64,000 nt of DNA from Fimbriosthenelais zetlandica (taxonomy: Eukaryota), in assembly GCA_977030845.1 (NCBI GenBank), contig OZ365112.1:8990001-9054000 (forward strand), in the 5' to 3' direction. Each line of letters starts with the position of its first letter. Position 1 is the stretch's first letter. The position numbers and the translations under genes are program-made. Shown here in pieces: positions 14,081-26,977 of the stretch. The notes beneath the pieces were generated by a model. It did not search any database, was not told the origin of the DNA, and saw only the letters and a program-made list of their open reading frames with translations.

Positions 14081-15569
14081 AGAGCAGGACATGTATTTCG
14101 GCAGCCTGTTTCCTTCTCCTCTCCTCTCCTTCTCTACCTTATCTTTCCTCTCTCCTCCATATACATTCCCTTCTCTTGCTTCTCTCCCCAACCCCTTCTC
14201 TCCCTTCTTTCCCCTTCTCATCCCTCTCCCCCTCTCTCCCCCGCTCACTCCTCCTCTGACCCGGGCTGGGAGCCTGCATGGTGCTTGTTTCTCTGGTAGC
14301 CTGCAGGGTGCTTGTTTTGGCTGGCGGCCAGCAGCCGTGCACCAGCTGGTCCTGCTAATCATCATTAGCGGGAATCAAGGTGAGATGATCAGGTGAGGTG
14401 GTGACCAGGTGTGCTACCAAGGCCTCTACACTCATCACCCAGTATCAATCTCACACTCTAGCATGTCAACACTCCCCATAAATCCCATAAACCACCGACC
14501 TACCCCCGTGAGGATACAGAAAAAATGGTTCAAAAAGAAAGAAAAATCTCCTTGCAGCTGTGTGAGAATGGGGAAGTGAGATGCATGTTTCTCTGCTGTA
14601 GCTTGACATGGCATCAAATCCATCCATCCGTCAATCAATCCCTCCCGTCCGACCACCCTTCCATCCATTTATCCGTCCATTCATTTATCCAGATGAACGT
14701 CCATCCCTTATCATTTTATCCATCCCTAACCTGCTACAATATCAATACTTTATATACTACTTAGGCTACATCGTTCCTATGCTAAAGTCTTTCTTTAACT
14801 ATGGTCCTTTTCCATATACTACTCATATTTTTAAAGATGGCTGCCTGTTTATTTTTATCTCAGCTCTCAAAACATGGATGCTGACAGATCTGTCATAGTT
14901 TCCTTTTCCTCCGACCCTGTTAGCCTCTCCCACGCTCTGTATCACCTCCCTACCCTTCCCAGTCCACTTCCCACCACCCCTGCCTCCTCCCTACCCACCC
15001 CTGCCATCTTCCCACCCTTCCCCTGCCTCCTTCCCACCCTCCCCCGCCTCATCCCATTGTTTCCGTGTGGAAAATATGGCCAGGAATGTGTGTTAGTGGT
15101 TAGGGTCACGTGGTGAAGTCACGTGCTTTACCCATCCATCAGTTAATCCCGTAATGATGAATGCGCCTATTATCGCTCACTGAGAAGGTCAAATTGGCAA
15201 AATGGAGCCGCCTCCGCTGCTACCCCATCCCCATGTATCACACGAGCAGCTGCGTTGAAACAGGTAGCTGAGAAATGAGGCTCTTTTGCTCTTTTTCACC
15301 CTGTCTTCATCAAGGGCGGGCGTCGGGGCAATTTCCTTATTTGGTGAGCGGTCGTAGGCCGTCATTACGCCCCTGCCCGTCCTATTTGTTTCCCGCGCGT
15401 TCCATCAATCCAACATCACAGTTAAGGTACACGTGTGAATCTTGCTTCCATTTAACGTAACCAGATGAGATTTGGTTCTGGGGCAGGCCCCGGATGTGAC
15501 ATGGGTAGCAATGATGTCCCCCGAGACTTGCCGACTGCAGCTTGCCCCCCTCCTCTCCTCTCTCATTTA

Positions 15570-15582
15570 CCACTAGAGGGCG
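15570..15582 (+). promoter_or_regulatory. CTCF-like motif
   Basis: CCACTAGAGGGCG matches the bilaterian CTCF core CCASYAGRKGGCR. Confidence 0.55.
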
Positions 15583-16068
15583 TAATGCAGGCAAAGCCGA
15601 GTCTGGAGAAGAGAGCTTAAGTCGAGATCATAAACCAAGCTGTAAAGCGACTGCCAAGCGACAGTGACAGATTAGTTAGAATCAAAGTCGGCCTATCAGG
15701 CCATCGAGGTCAGTGGTTGATGAGACGGATTCGATATAGATAAGTCGGCCTACTTGATGAGTGGGACCAGTGCAGCGCGATACCATCGCCTATCTCACAA
15801 TGCCATCTCCATTCATTCCCATTGTTTGCAGCCCTCTCCCCGCTTTCGTGGACTGGATGATTTATCCCTCTCCATTGCTATCAGAAAATAATTGGTATTA
15901 ATAGACTGTCACACAGTGGCGCACTCGGCGGGGAGCTGTCAAATGCAGGAACAGCATGAAAAAATAGCATAATACCGTCATGTTTCCCTCCGCAGCGGTG
16001 CGGCGGACAGAGAAAGAGAATTTGTGGCAGAGAGAGGGACCCAGAAGATTATTGATGGTACATGAAGA

Positions 16069-16954
16069 AGTCTACAAGAAATGGCACCACCACCGACGCC
16101 ATTTTACCAGAGAAAATAACTTTATGACAGCGATGGGAAATGAGAGAAAAAGGCGGGAGAAAATGGGAGTTGAGGGTGATGGAGGAGAGGGATGGGGGGA
16201 GGGTTGGCTTATGGTGGTGGGCGAGCAAAGATCCCATCTGAAGATAGGAAGAGAAGACAATAGAAGGAGAAAGGGTCGGAGAAAGGAGGGGTCGATTTCA
16301 TGGGGAGGCGGAGATCCAGTATTTTGGGAAGGGGAGTCTGGCATTTCGGCCCAAAATATTAAGGCTACTATTGGACCAACATCTCCGAAGGTGGGGCTGG
16401 GGCGAATAGAGGGTGGGGATCATGAATGGGGACAAGACAGGGGTGGAGAAGGGAGGCAGGAGCTATAGAGTAGGGTAGGGAGAGTAGGGTATAGGAGCTA
16501 TAGAGAGTGGGGGAGCAGTGGGTAGGGGAGAGTGAAGGCATTTATTAAGATGATGAATGTGGGGTTGAGGTATTGAAGCGAGCCCCTCAGATCTCCTCAA
16601 ATAGACGCCTTACCAGGCGAGGTCGCCCTCTCCCATCTCTCACCCGATTCAAATCATACGCGTGTCATGTGAATATAAAGTGTACTGTCCTGCCGCTCCC
16701 CCTCAATCCCCCCTAAAAACGCCCCAAACAACCAGGTCCAGACCCACGTCCATCCATTCTACCTTATTTTAACTGCTAGATGCTCTATCCCTCCCGCTCC
16801 TAGCGCCACGTGTCGGCGATAGACGTCACCTCCAACCCATACGTCATCCAGCCACGTCACCCGCACGCAGGGTTGCCAAGGTAACGGATGGGTCTCGCAC
16901 TGCCCCGCGAGATCCCGCGAGATGGGGGTCTCGGGGGAGGGCATGACCCCCCTT
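16069..16954 (+). repeat. 886-bp tandem duplication, copy 1
   Basis: Matches 17312-18197 at a constant offset of 1243 bp. I found two substitutions (ccagAgaaaat/ccagGgaaaat and agggAtggg/agggCtggg). ORFs 16072/17315 and 16759/18002 are duplicated. Confidence 0.95.
16872..16885. promoter_or_regulatory. RFX X-box-like motif (duplicated at 18115-18128)
   Basis: GTTGCCAAGGTAAC versus consensus GTTGCCATGGCAAC. Confidence 0.45.
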
Positions 16955-16955
16955 A

Positions 16956-17304
16956 TATATAAGGTATACCATATGTATTGCCAATATATTGCTTTAGTGA
17001 AGCTGATGAAATTGAATGTTTCACCCCTTATTATGATAGGAAACGAAACCTATAGATTTCTCACTATACTTGTATACTTGTAAACGTAGAAACAATTTGC
17101 GGAAAACCTATAGAAAACTGTTGATTCATGTTAGATATTCATATCTTTCAGGTCCTTCTTCGTGCATTGAAACACATGCATCTACTCTGCAGTCACTTCC
17201 GGTAATATATAGGATGTACTACAGTGAATATGCAGGTATGTCTACCTACTTCACCCATTCAATAGAATTCAATGGCTAAATTTGAGTTGGGGAATAGCAC
17301 GTTT
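16956..17304 (+). repeat. 349-bp templated insertion at the duplication junction
   Basis: Exact copy of 11080-11428 lying between the two 886-bp copies, followed by a 7-bp filler ggggaat. Confidence 0.95.
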
Positions 17305-17311
17305 GGGGAAT

Positions 17312-18197
17312 AGTCTACAAGAAATGGCACCACCACCGACGCCATTTTACCAGGGAAAATAACTTTATGACAGCGATGGGAAATGAGAGAAAAAGGCGGG
17401 AGAAAATGGGAGTTGAGGGTGATGGAGGAGAGGGCTGGGGGGAGGGTTGGCTTATGGTGGTGGGCGAGCAAAGATCCCATCTGAAGATAGGAAGAGAAGA
17501 CAATAGAAGGAGAAAGGGTCGGAGAAAGGAGGGGTCGATTTCATGGGGAGGCGGAGATCCAGTATTTTGGGAAGGGGAGTCTGGCATTTCGGCCCAAAAT
17601 ATTAAGGCTACTATTGGACCAACATCTCCGAAGGTGGGGCTGGGGCGAATAGAGGGTGGGGATCATGAATGGGGACAAGACAGGGGTGGAGAAGGGAGGC
17701 AGGAGCTATAGAGTAGGGTAGGGAGAGTAGGGTATAGGAGCTATAGAGAGTGGGGGAGCAGTGGGTAGGGGAGAGTGAAGGCATTTATTAAGATGATGAA
17801 TGTGGGGTTGAGGTATTGAAGCGAGCCCCTCAGATCTCCTCAAATAGACGCCTTACCAGGCGAGGTCGCCCTCTCCCATCTCTCACCCGATTCAAATCAT
17901 ACGCGTGTCATGTGAATATAAAGTGTACTGTCCTGCCGCTCCCCCTCAATCCCCCCTAAAAACGCCCCAAACAACCAGGTCCAGACCCACGTCCATCCAT
18001 TCTACCTTATTTTAACTGCTAGATGCTCTATCCCTCCCGCTCCTAGCGCCACGTGTCGGCGATAGACGTCACCTCCAACCCATACGTCATCCAGCCACGT
18101 CACCCGCACGCAGGGTTGCCAAGGTAACGGATGGGTCTCGCACTGCCCCGCGAGATCCCGCGAGATGGGGGTCTCGGGGGAGGGCATGACCCCCCTT
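17312..18197 (+). repeat. 886-bp tandem duplication, copy 2
   Basis: See copy 1. This copy continues into unique sequence at 18198. Confidence 0.95.
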
Positions 18198-18771
18198 CTC
18201 CTCTCTCCTCCCTCATCGCGACATATCGCTACGCCACAACTGGCCGCACTACTTGGCGGCGCGGAGGGATTGCTATCGCCGTCATTTGCCGGATGTGGTC
18301 TTGATAGTTGCCTTTAAAGGGCTAAAGAATAAAGCAGTTCTGCTGATCTATTGGTCTAGGATAGGGGTTAGAGAAAGGTGGGCCATCTCCCATACATCCC
18401 AGCCTTATATTCCCATAATGAATCTCGTATTATCTGAATAGAGGGGCCTCATATGATGGCCTGACATAAAATATGAATCTAATCACAAAAACACAAAGGC
18501 TCACTCCTAAATCAGGTATCTATGTATCAACTAATAAAAAAATGACGGCGTATAGACTATAGATAAACTAAATAATGTACATTTGCCTTTTGACAAGATT
18601 GGCAGGTTACTAATTTTGTTCATTCCAATTTATAGAAAGCCTTTATGCATACATGTTCTGTTGATAAATAATTTATAACAGAGTATAAATAGAGTGCAAT
18701 AAAATATCTATTATTAGTCAGTCATGCTTCCTACTGCCTGTAGTGAAACTGAAAGGCTTGCAAATGAACCT

Positions 18772-18880
18772 TAGCTGCCGTTTGTGAAGAGAGATCCATT
18801 GTGTGCCGACAGCGAGTTTCCTTCTCGTCCTGAGTGGCAGAATTGCTGACTGGAATTTAGAAAAACATTAACTCATTCCA
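18772..18880 (+). mobile_element. SINE 3' fragment
   Basis: agctgccgtttgtgaagagagatccattgtgtgccgacagcgagtttccttctcgtcctgag...aattgctgact. Confidence 0.7.
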
Positions 18881-19331
18881 CCCCACTTGGCCCTACATTT
18901 TGTGCACCTTTAAAACTTTCATGTTATAATTCACTGGGGTGTATGTGTAGATTTATGTCCGCCATGTTTACTAGCCATGTTTCACTCGTCTGAGATATAG
19001 TGTGAGGAGAGAGGGCCAGCCCTAGATTAAGAGCCCTGCTAGAAGCACCAGACGCGGCTAATACCTGGGGAATTTTTATGGAAATCATATTTTTCATAAA
19101 GCTAATACCATGGGAATGGTGCAGACAGATTAAGGGAATTTGTGGCCTGATGAGGTCATAAAGAATGTGGTGGGGTGGAGGGGGGCAGGGTAGGGGAGTG
19201 GGGAGGGGTGGGTGGGGATCAGGGGGTGTGCAAGGGGTCAGTAGGGGATTATAAATATACCGCTCTTCTTGGCTCTTTATCTTGGTATAAATTTATGTAG
19301 CTGTTCTCAAGGATTCAAGGAAGTTCTTTTT

Positions 19332-19610
19332 TCTCCACTGCACAAAACAGGGTTGATAGTGCTTGTGAGTTGTTCCAGTTCTGTCACTGCACAGAACAGG
19401 GTTGGAAATGGTTTTGAATTGTACCAATTTTCAAGCGTCTATCACTGCACGAAACTGAGTTGAAACTGCTTGTGAGTTGACCCAATTTGCTATCTTCTAC
19501 CACTGCACAACACAGTGTTAAAACTGCTTGTCAGTTGACCCGATTTCCTATCTTATACCACTGCATAAAACAGGGTTGAATCTGCTTGTGAGTTGTCCCT
19601 ATTTCTTACC
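19332..19610. repeat. 58-bp minisatellite, ~5 diverged units
   Basis: cactgca anchors at 19336, 19385, 19443, 19501 and 19559. Units contain aaacagggttgaa..tgcttgtgagttg. Confidence 0.88.
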
Positions 19611-19654
19611 TTTAATCACCTCCTATTTTCAATATCACAATATGCCAACAATAT

Positions 19655-19705
19655 TCCTTTTCATCCTGAGATAGTTGGACACTTATTGACAAATAAATAT
19701 TCACC
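19655..19705 (+). mobile_element. Probable SINE tail remnant
   Basis: ccttttcatcctgagatagttggacacttattgacaaataaatattcaccc resembles the family tail. Confidence 0.45.
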
Positions 19706-20899
19706 CTCAATATGACAACAGTGTGTTCTGGCGTGGCAGTTGTTCCTGTAATGGGTCTGACAATATTTGTTTGAAAATAAAGTGTATCACTGTCAAGGGG
19801 GGTGTGGTGGTGGGGGTGGTGTGTGGAGAGGGGTGGGCGGGGGGAGGTTGGGAGGGCCGTGGGGAGAGTTCTCAAGGCCATGATTAGGATCAAGTCTAAA
19901 GGAATTAGACGCTGACCCTCTATGTAGGGTGTGGAGGGGCTTGCCGAGCAGCCATGACAATGACAAATGGTCGGACTAAAAACCATTTGACAAAGAGAGG
20001 AGCATGACAGATTATTGATGGAGTTTTGAAAGCGCGGCTTCACAACTAGATGAGTGTAATCAGAACAATAATAGGGCCCTGCCATCCCGCGCATCAATTC
20101 CATCGAGTGCCGCTCCTTGTAGTTGATGGCCCCAATTGGAATTACATCACTCAGGGAGCTGGCGAATTGAAGAATGACAATGCTGGCACAATAGCCCTGC
20201 CCCGCAATCAATTAAAGTTGATTTGTTTCTGTTGCTAGGGCGGCAGTGAAGCGGCGATGAAATTGATTGCGACTTCCTTGAAATGTGCAAAACGGGTTAA
20301 TGTGGGATGGTTTGGGGGTGGCATACGTGGCGGGGGGGGGGGGGCTGGCTGGGATGGGGATAAGGGGGTGGTGGAGCGGGGGCTGGTAGGGAAAAGGAGA
20401 GAAGATAGGAGGGGGTTGGGGAGGCGTGAGGAGGTTGGGGAGGTTTAGGAGGAAGGAGGTGGGCAGTTGCGGTGGGGCAGAGGGGATAGGAAAAGACAGG
20501 GAGTATAAAGAAATTAGAGACGACAGAAAGAAAGGGATGAGAAGGAAAAGAAAGAGAGGGAGGGGCCTGAGCACATGGCAGAAGACATTAAAAAGGTAGG
20601 AGAGGGTAGGAGGAGGGAATGAGGGAGGGGGTTGAAGGGGAAATATTAATGTACTCTTTTAGGTGTTGTCATAACACAATTATCTGTAGAAAGGGGTTTA
20701 GGCAAGAGAACACGTGTCTATGATTCATACCATAGCATTGTTGTCAATACAGCTGTTGAAAAAGACTCGCATGCCAATGCATTGTACAAGAAATACCAGC
20801 ACTTTATTAATTAAGGGATCTTTGATTCTCAGTTTGTCAACTTTTATCAATATGGTGAAGCATTTTGATTCAGTAGATTGAAAATTTTGATTGTGGGAA

Positions 20900-21200
20900 G
20901 AGGGTGAGCCAGAGAGGGTGAGGGAGAGAGGGTCAGAAATCGTGTGAGAGAGACAGCAAGAGAGTGAAGCAGAACAAGAAAATAAACGATAACAAGAGAG
21001 AGAGAGCAAAGGAGTAAAAGAGAGGGCGAGAGAGGGCGAGGGAGAGAGAGGATCAGAAACTGAAAGAGTATAAGAGAGCAAGAAAGTAAACGAGAGCAGG
21101 AGAGTTAAGGAGAGGAAGAGAAGAAGAGAGAGCTACACTCTAAAAGAGAGCTAGAGAGTAAAGGAGAGAGTCAGAGAGGGATAGAGCGAGAGCAAGAGAG
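20900..21200. repeat. GA-rich low-complexity tract
   Basis: Degenerate (GA)n. Confidence 0.85.
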
Positions 21201-21775
21201 TGAATTACGACATAGAAAACCTAGTAAGTAGGAATGTATCCGTTAAGTCGAGGTTGCGCCAAGCTAAGCTATAAATCTTCACCCCATCTCATAGGATTAA
21301 GTGGGTTGAAATTAATGATCCAGCAAGCAGCATTACATGGTAGTAACAATGGCCCACTAGGCTCGGCGGCCCGACTCATGCTATCAGCAAACTGCATCAG
21401 TCATGTTCCCGTCACTCCACCCCACCAAGAGCCCCTCAATGATGGAGCACTGGTGTTACTTTTTATACTTTTACTTCTAAAAAGGCAATTGGTTGAGCAA
21501 GTACATATATCAAGTAAGTAGCTTGCGTGTTTAAAGACATTGCCTCATTAAGGGAGTAGGTGCCTGCTGCACTGCCTTTGATTCCAATAAGCCATTGCAT
21601 ACCCCATATTTTATACCTCACCATTGACTTAAGGGACTAGAAACATGGCCTTAAGATGGATTATATGCCAGATGAGATTATAATCTACTAATCCTATCGG
21701 AATGTACATACCAATGTAACATAATCCGAACATTGCACATACATATGGGTGTTTAGGAGGGATGGGTAGGCATTG

Positions 21776-23934
21776 CACTGTCCATAAGGATCGTGTATTT
21801 AAACGAAGAAACCTCGGTAATTCTTCCTTCATCCATCGTAAGTTTAAATCCTTGTAAAATGGCATATTCCGTATAGATTATGATCGTATGAATAGAGGCT
21901 TCGTAAGGCGCCGCGCTTCGTAAGGCGCCGCTCAGCGTAAGGCGCCGCGCATCGTAAGACGCCGCGCATCGTAAGGTGGGACTTCGTAAGTTAGTGACTT
22001 CGTAAGTTAGGGGATTAAGGACGCACTACTAGCGCTCAGGCGGCCGCTATAAATACTATTAGCTCCTGCGCTTCTATGGTATATATAGGCAGTAATATGG
22101 AATATTAATTCATTGATAATTATGGGTGTTTTTATTTGATCCCCCTTCTCTTTCAAATAGATTTTGTTTATTATATAATGTGCAATATTTCAGGATGAGA
22201 ATATGGAAGGGTACCGTATGAGAAAGTCAACAAAATGTATTTAGTCAATTATATTTATTGAAGTTGTCCTCTGCACAAAACAATTAGCTCTTTCACATGC
22301 TAAACTACCCGATAGGCCTATACATATATTGCAAACAGCATATCTGAGACACCAGTAACAAAATGCAAACCACATGGTTGAGTTTTAATTTGGTGTTAAC
22401 TCTTTGTATTGAAATGTCATTTAAAAGGAAAAACCATTGGGTAACAATAAGTTTAAATTCCTCTGAAGTCGACCTTACAAATCTGACAAATGAATCCATA
22501 ATTATACATTCATTCTCTCGATAAGCTACCCAATATTTAATCCGAGTTCAAACACCGAGTCTGAGAGGGGAGGAAAGTCCCCGCCACCCTGTTTCACCTA
22601 CCCCCATCCCTCCCCCTGTTCACAGTCCCCCAGTCCAGGTCGGCCATGTGTGAACTTGAACAAAGCTATTGTACTGAGATTATGTAAGCTTAGTAGACAA
22701 TGGTTCAATGGCTTGTTACAATTGTTATAACTACATGTATACATGTGCTCACTCAGGAGTTACTTTTAAAAATGACCAGTAATTTGACAGAGATATATCA
22801 AGTAAACCTTTGTCCAAGTTAAATTAAACCGGACCAATAAAGGTAAATAATTATGGTTATAATTATAAGTATGTAACATCACGCATCCATTAAGTAAAAC
22901 TTCCTCCAATCTATATGGACACAGATCTAATGAACTTAAATATAGAAAATAGATAGATGTAGATAGATGGTTTGTCACAGAGGCGAAGAGAAGGCAACTG
23001 CACATGAATAAATGTTGAGGCAGAAGATCTGAAAAAGAAAATCAATACGGAAAGGTAATTTATTAGTAAACGGTTATCTGTTACTCTATATCTTTTAGAG
23101 ATGGTAACTTTATATTAACAAAACTTGCCAAATCTTAATACAAGCTTAAAAGCCCTCTAATACTATACGGGATAAAAGCTTAGGGAAATGAGTACACACG
23201 CCCTCCCGATAGCCAGACACTTGCTGCCTGACCCTTAAAATAAATACATTATACCTACTTTCATCTGAATTCTCCACTTTGTCCTCGCACTGTTTATATC
23301 CCTCTCGAGTTTCTTCATCTCCGAGAATTCCTTATAAGATAAAAAAATAAGTGACATATTATTAATATAAGACAAGACCATTGTACAACCATAGGTGTGA
23401 AATGCATCCATAACAGCTTCCAAGTTAAGCTGAACTCCCTCCACATGTATACATTCTTTTTTTACAAATCTAAACTTCTAATCAAAGAACTTATGAATGT
23501 ACCGGTGAAAGCACACATCTGATATTATTAAATTGAGGTAGTTACTTACATGTTTGCCATATGCTTAGATCCAACATGTGCCTAAAATTATCCAAATTTT
23601 ACACAGTATTCAAGGTTTGGTGAATACATGAAGCCTATCTCCTCGCTTGAGAACTTGCTTGCTTGTCTGTGGTCACTCGACTGGTGGTGGGGCAGGGATG
23701 TGGAGGAGGCAGTCACTCCTCGATGGTCCTATCTTGTATTACGTAACTACATCGTAAGATGAGGGGGGCGTATAATGTATTACCTCGTAAAGTGGGGAAT
23801 CTAATCTCATAATTACACGAGGGAACGTAGAATGCGGCAACCAATCTTGTAATTATACAAGATTGGCGGATTAGGTAGATTTTCCGTAAAAAAAACGAGG
23901 TTTCATTGTGGTCAAACGGAAAGCAATGACAGTG
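21776..23934 (-). mobile_element. Non-autonomous CACTG-terminated DNA transposon (CMC/EnSpm-like), copy A, ~2159 bp
   Basis: Starts CACTGTCC at 21776 and ends GACAGTG at 23934, flanked on both sides by TG (2-bp TSD). It is the reverse complement of 49036-51176 over its whole length, with three short ORFs shared apart from single substitutions. Carries subterminal CGTAAG repeats. No transposase ORF. Confidence 0.9.
21900..22012. repeat. Subterminal CGTAAG repeat array of transposon copy A (7 units of 15-17 bp)
   Basis: Units such as ttcgtaaggcgccgcgc, atcgtaagacgccgcgc and ttcgtaagttagtgac. The equivalent array in copy B has 5 units. Confidence 0.9.
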
Positions 23935-25352
23935 TGTAGATGGATATAATATATACGTTGTGGATGTGTAGACATTATACTATGGGGGAATGCATCATAG
24001 AAGGCCCTGGCACTATCGTGTAATTGCTTAGAGTTTTCCCACTAATTGTTGTACATAAATTAGCCTTGAATCAGGCTAATTACGAGGGATCTATTAATTG
24101 GAAACGGCAATGTTGTCTGATCGATAGAGTTTATGAGGTGTGGCAGTAGCGGAGGTGTTGGGCAACCATAGACCTGACACCATCGCTCTAAAAAACTCTT
24201 CTTACAACTTTTCTTACGTAATCTGCTTGCCTCTTTGTCAAGGAGCGATGTCGTGGCCAATTCCAGGTCAAACGTGCATATTTTAATTCAATTTGTTACT
24301 TCCCAACCGCCCTCTTCCCTCAAGCACTCGCGAGTGGAGTTGGCGTAGTAATTTGCAGGCTGTGCTGCGGTCGCCGCCTGAGAAAATAGTCCATTTTCTC
24401 GCCGATTGGCGCGAGAGTTGTGAAGGAGAATGAGCAGCGTCGGGTCTTTGTTAGCCTGATTTACTTAAGTCACCTTCAATTCAAGTTGTAAATGACACAG
24501 AGGGAGAAGCCGAGGGGGAGGAGGCCCTCGTGAGACGGGAGGTGCCCGAGGGGGAAGGCACGAGTGGAGGCCACGAGTGGCAGACGCCATTAGCGGAGGT
24601 TGAGCCGGCGGTGAAGAGGCTGAGAGCACTGTGACCTCGGTGTAGGGATAAGGTGTAAGACTGACCTCTCCCTCTCATTCTCTCTCCTTTGATGTTGCCA
24701 CAGTCTATGGCCACAATTCTTCCCTGATTTACCGCTTGTCTAAAGCATTCTTCTTGGAATTCTATTCCCCAGAAGCTTCTTAACGTATATTTTTCCCCTT
24801 CTCCTTTGTGGTGTATTTCCTTTATCATAAGAACTACTTTTGACATTTCCTTTGAGGAATGACTCAGCAAGTTTCTTTCAAAGTCCTCACAATAAAACTT
24901 TATTACATTCCATAATAAATAATTCATCTGCAGGACACTGTCTCACTCGAAGAATTTCTTGCTAATAATTTGCTTGTAAAACTTATTAAACAAAGAAGTT
25001 ACAGGAAGCAAATGTTTGAAGTAAAGTATTTTCTGTTTAAAACAGCTCTACTTGTTGTGTGGAGCTGTGTAAGGAGCTGGATCCCTGTAAGTTTGCCTGG
25101 TGTTACAGAGCATGTATAATACCCTATTATCGCCCATCTCTCTGTGTTGTCCCACCGCCCACCGCCACTGTGTACTATGGAGCTCTTCTGGTATTTGAAT
25201 AATTATAGTCCGTAATGAACACAGTAAACACACAGGGTACCCGTATAAAGCCCGGGCCTTGTTTGAGCCTGGGGACCAGGACATAACGAGATGAGGGGAT
25301 TCAGACGTGGAAATTCGGGATTACGCGAGATCCTTCTGGCCATACACGCCCC

Positions 25353-25408
25353 TGACCTTGACCTGGGTCCTGTATGACCTTGACCTGGGTCCTGTATGAC
25401 CTTGACCT
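25353..25408. repeat. 22-bp tandem repeat with TGACCTTGACCT
   Basis: tgaccttgacctgggtcctgta x2.5, perfect. Confidence 0.92.
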
Positions 25409-26801
25409 TTGGATCCCTCTGATGCTGTCGGCTGTCTGTTGACGGGGAGATGCCTCGTGGCGCTCTCATGCGGCGAATATGTTTACTAGATGAGCATGGC
25501 ATTGTGGGTAGTACAGGACCGGCTCTGTGGGCGTCTCGTGAGGGCGCCACTGGTCGCGACCCCTGTCGTCAGGTGCTGACATTGTTCTCGCCGGTGCCAG
25601 AAGCGTCTGTCGTGGCTGTCGTACTTGTCTAGGGTTTAAGCCGCTGTCGTGAGAGGCGATGGTTGGGAGGACAGACGTAGACAGGGGGATACATCAAAGG
25701 CAGGGAAGGTGCATTAGATGGTATGGGAGGACTAGGCGAGCTGATAGGCGCCAAAACAGGCTGTCAAACACAGCTGACAAGGCCCTGTCTATTGTAGAGA
25801 TGGGCAGGTAATTGGTTCAGGTTGAAGATGGGTTGGGGGGGGGGGGGGGCTTGTCTACACCTCTCCCTGTAAACACTGTCTCACCCATCCCCCAAAGTCT
25901 CCCACATCTCACCCTTTCCTCCTTACCTCCACCCCTCACCACCACCCACCCCAATCTCTCACCAACCTCCCACCCCTCACCCTAACCCACCCCTTCGTCC
26001 TCACCCCCATATGCCCTTTAATTTTCACCCCCACCCCAAGCCAAATCCCAACCAGCCTGGTCTAAAGGCTCTTAGCACCTTTTAGCACTCAATTGCCCTC
26101 CAGCCTTTGTTTTATAGAGATACACTTCATGGACAAAGGCTAAAATTTGAGATTTGGAATCTTAAAAGAGACCCCCAGACTTCCTTTGTCTGTTCAGAGA
26201 ATTGTTTCCATAAGATTCCTGAGGCAAATTAAGGTTTCCATATACTACTATGTTTTATACTACTTACATTCCTTATTCTTTCGTTTTCTTATTCTTCGCT
26301 GTATTTTCTTCTTTCCTTTGTCCATTTTTTCTAGATCCTTACCCCCGCCCACCTCACTCTCCTTTGCCCTTGACACCCCCCCCCCCCTCACTGGCCCTTG
26401 CCCTTACAGCCCCCCTCGCTTTCCCATGCCGCCAGGCACTATCCCATCTCCGCCCTCCCACCTTCCCCTGACACCTACCGTGACTTGTCACAATGTTATG
26501 TCGCCTGTCTTTTCCATATGTCCTTACAAGGTCTGCCTTCAGCTCTCCCTGTCACCTCTCCTGTCACCCCCACGGTCACACCCGCTGTCACGCCCGCTGT
26601 CAACCTGTCAGACGCAGCTCCTCTCACACTGTCAACTGTCATACTTGCTATGCCATCCCTCTCTCCTATCTATTCTATCTCATCTCTATTTCTCTCTCTC
26701 TAGCTCTCTTTATTTTTTTCTCTCTCTCTCCACTCTCTTGTCTCCCTCTCACTCCTTTCTCCCATGCAGTAGTCAGACTTCGAAAAAAGGCATTGGACAA
26801 A

Positions 26802-26977
26802 ATGGGTATGAAACTTTGCAAGAATTGCAAGTCATGAATATCTAGTGGATATTTCAAATGACCTAGTACATTAATTGGGTACCTACCAGGGATCCTTGCC
26901 TGGTGATTCTTGCAGCGATTGCTGCACGTGGAGCTTGTCTGCAAGACCATCAACTTCAAGTGCATCATTTGCCGCTA
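26802..26977 (+). repeat. Dispersed repeat fragment, copy 2
   Basis: Diverged homologue of 5849-6025. Confidence 0.8.

Noticed and set aside
13854-14396. 180-aa ORF
   Set aside because: It runs through a SINE fragment and a CT tract, with no coding signature.
15980-16468. 162-aa ORF, partly duplicated at 17367
   Set aside because: It is G/E/R-rich from a purine tract. Its recurrence is due to the tandem duplication, not conservation.
19612-20211. 199-aa minus-strand ORF
   Set aside because: It crosses a SINE remnant and a G-rich tract, and I recognise no protein family.
22305-23444. Three ORFs 'conserved' with 49526-50665 as a gene cluster
   Set aside because: The identity reflects two copies of one transposon. 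The ORFs as called are short and not recognisable proteins.
23846-23871. Hairpin suggesting a Helitron/Helentron end
   Set aside because: The element has CACTG TIRs and 2-bp TSDs, with no TC...CTRR ends or A^T/T^T insertion site.
26147-26845. 232-aa ORF, the longest in the window
   Set aside because: It has a non-ATG start and is composed of T-rich, C-rich and CT-repeat segments.
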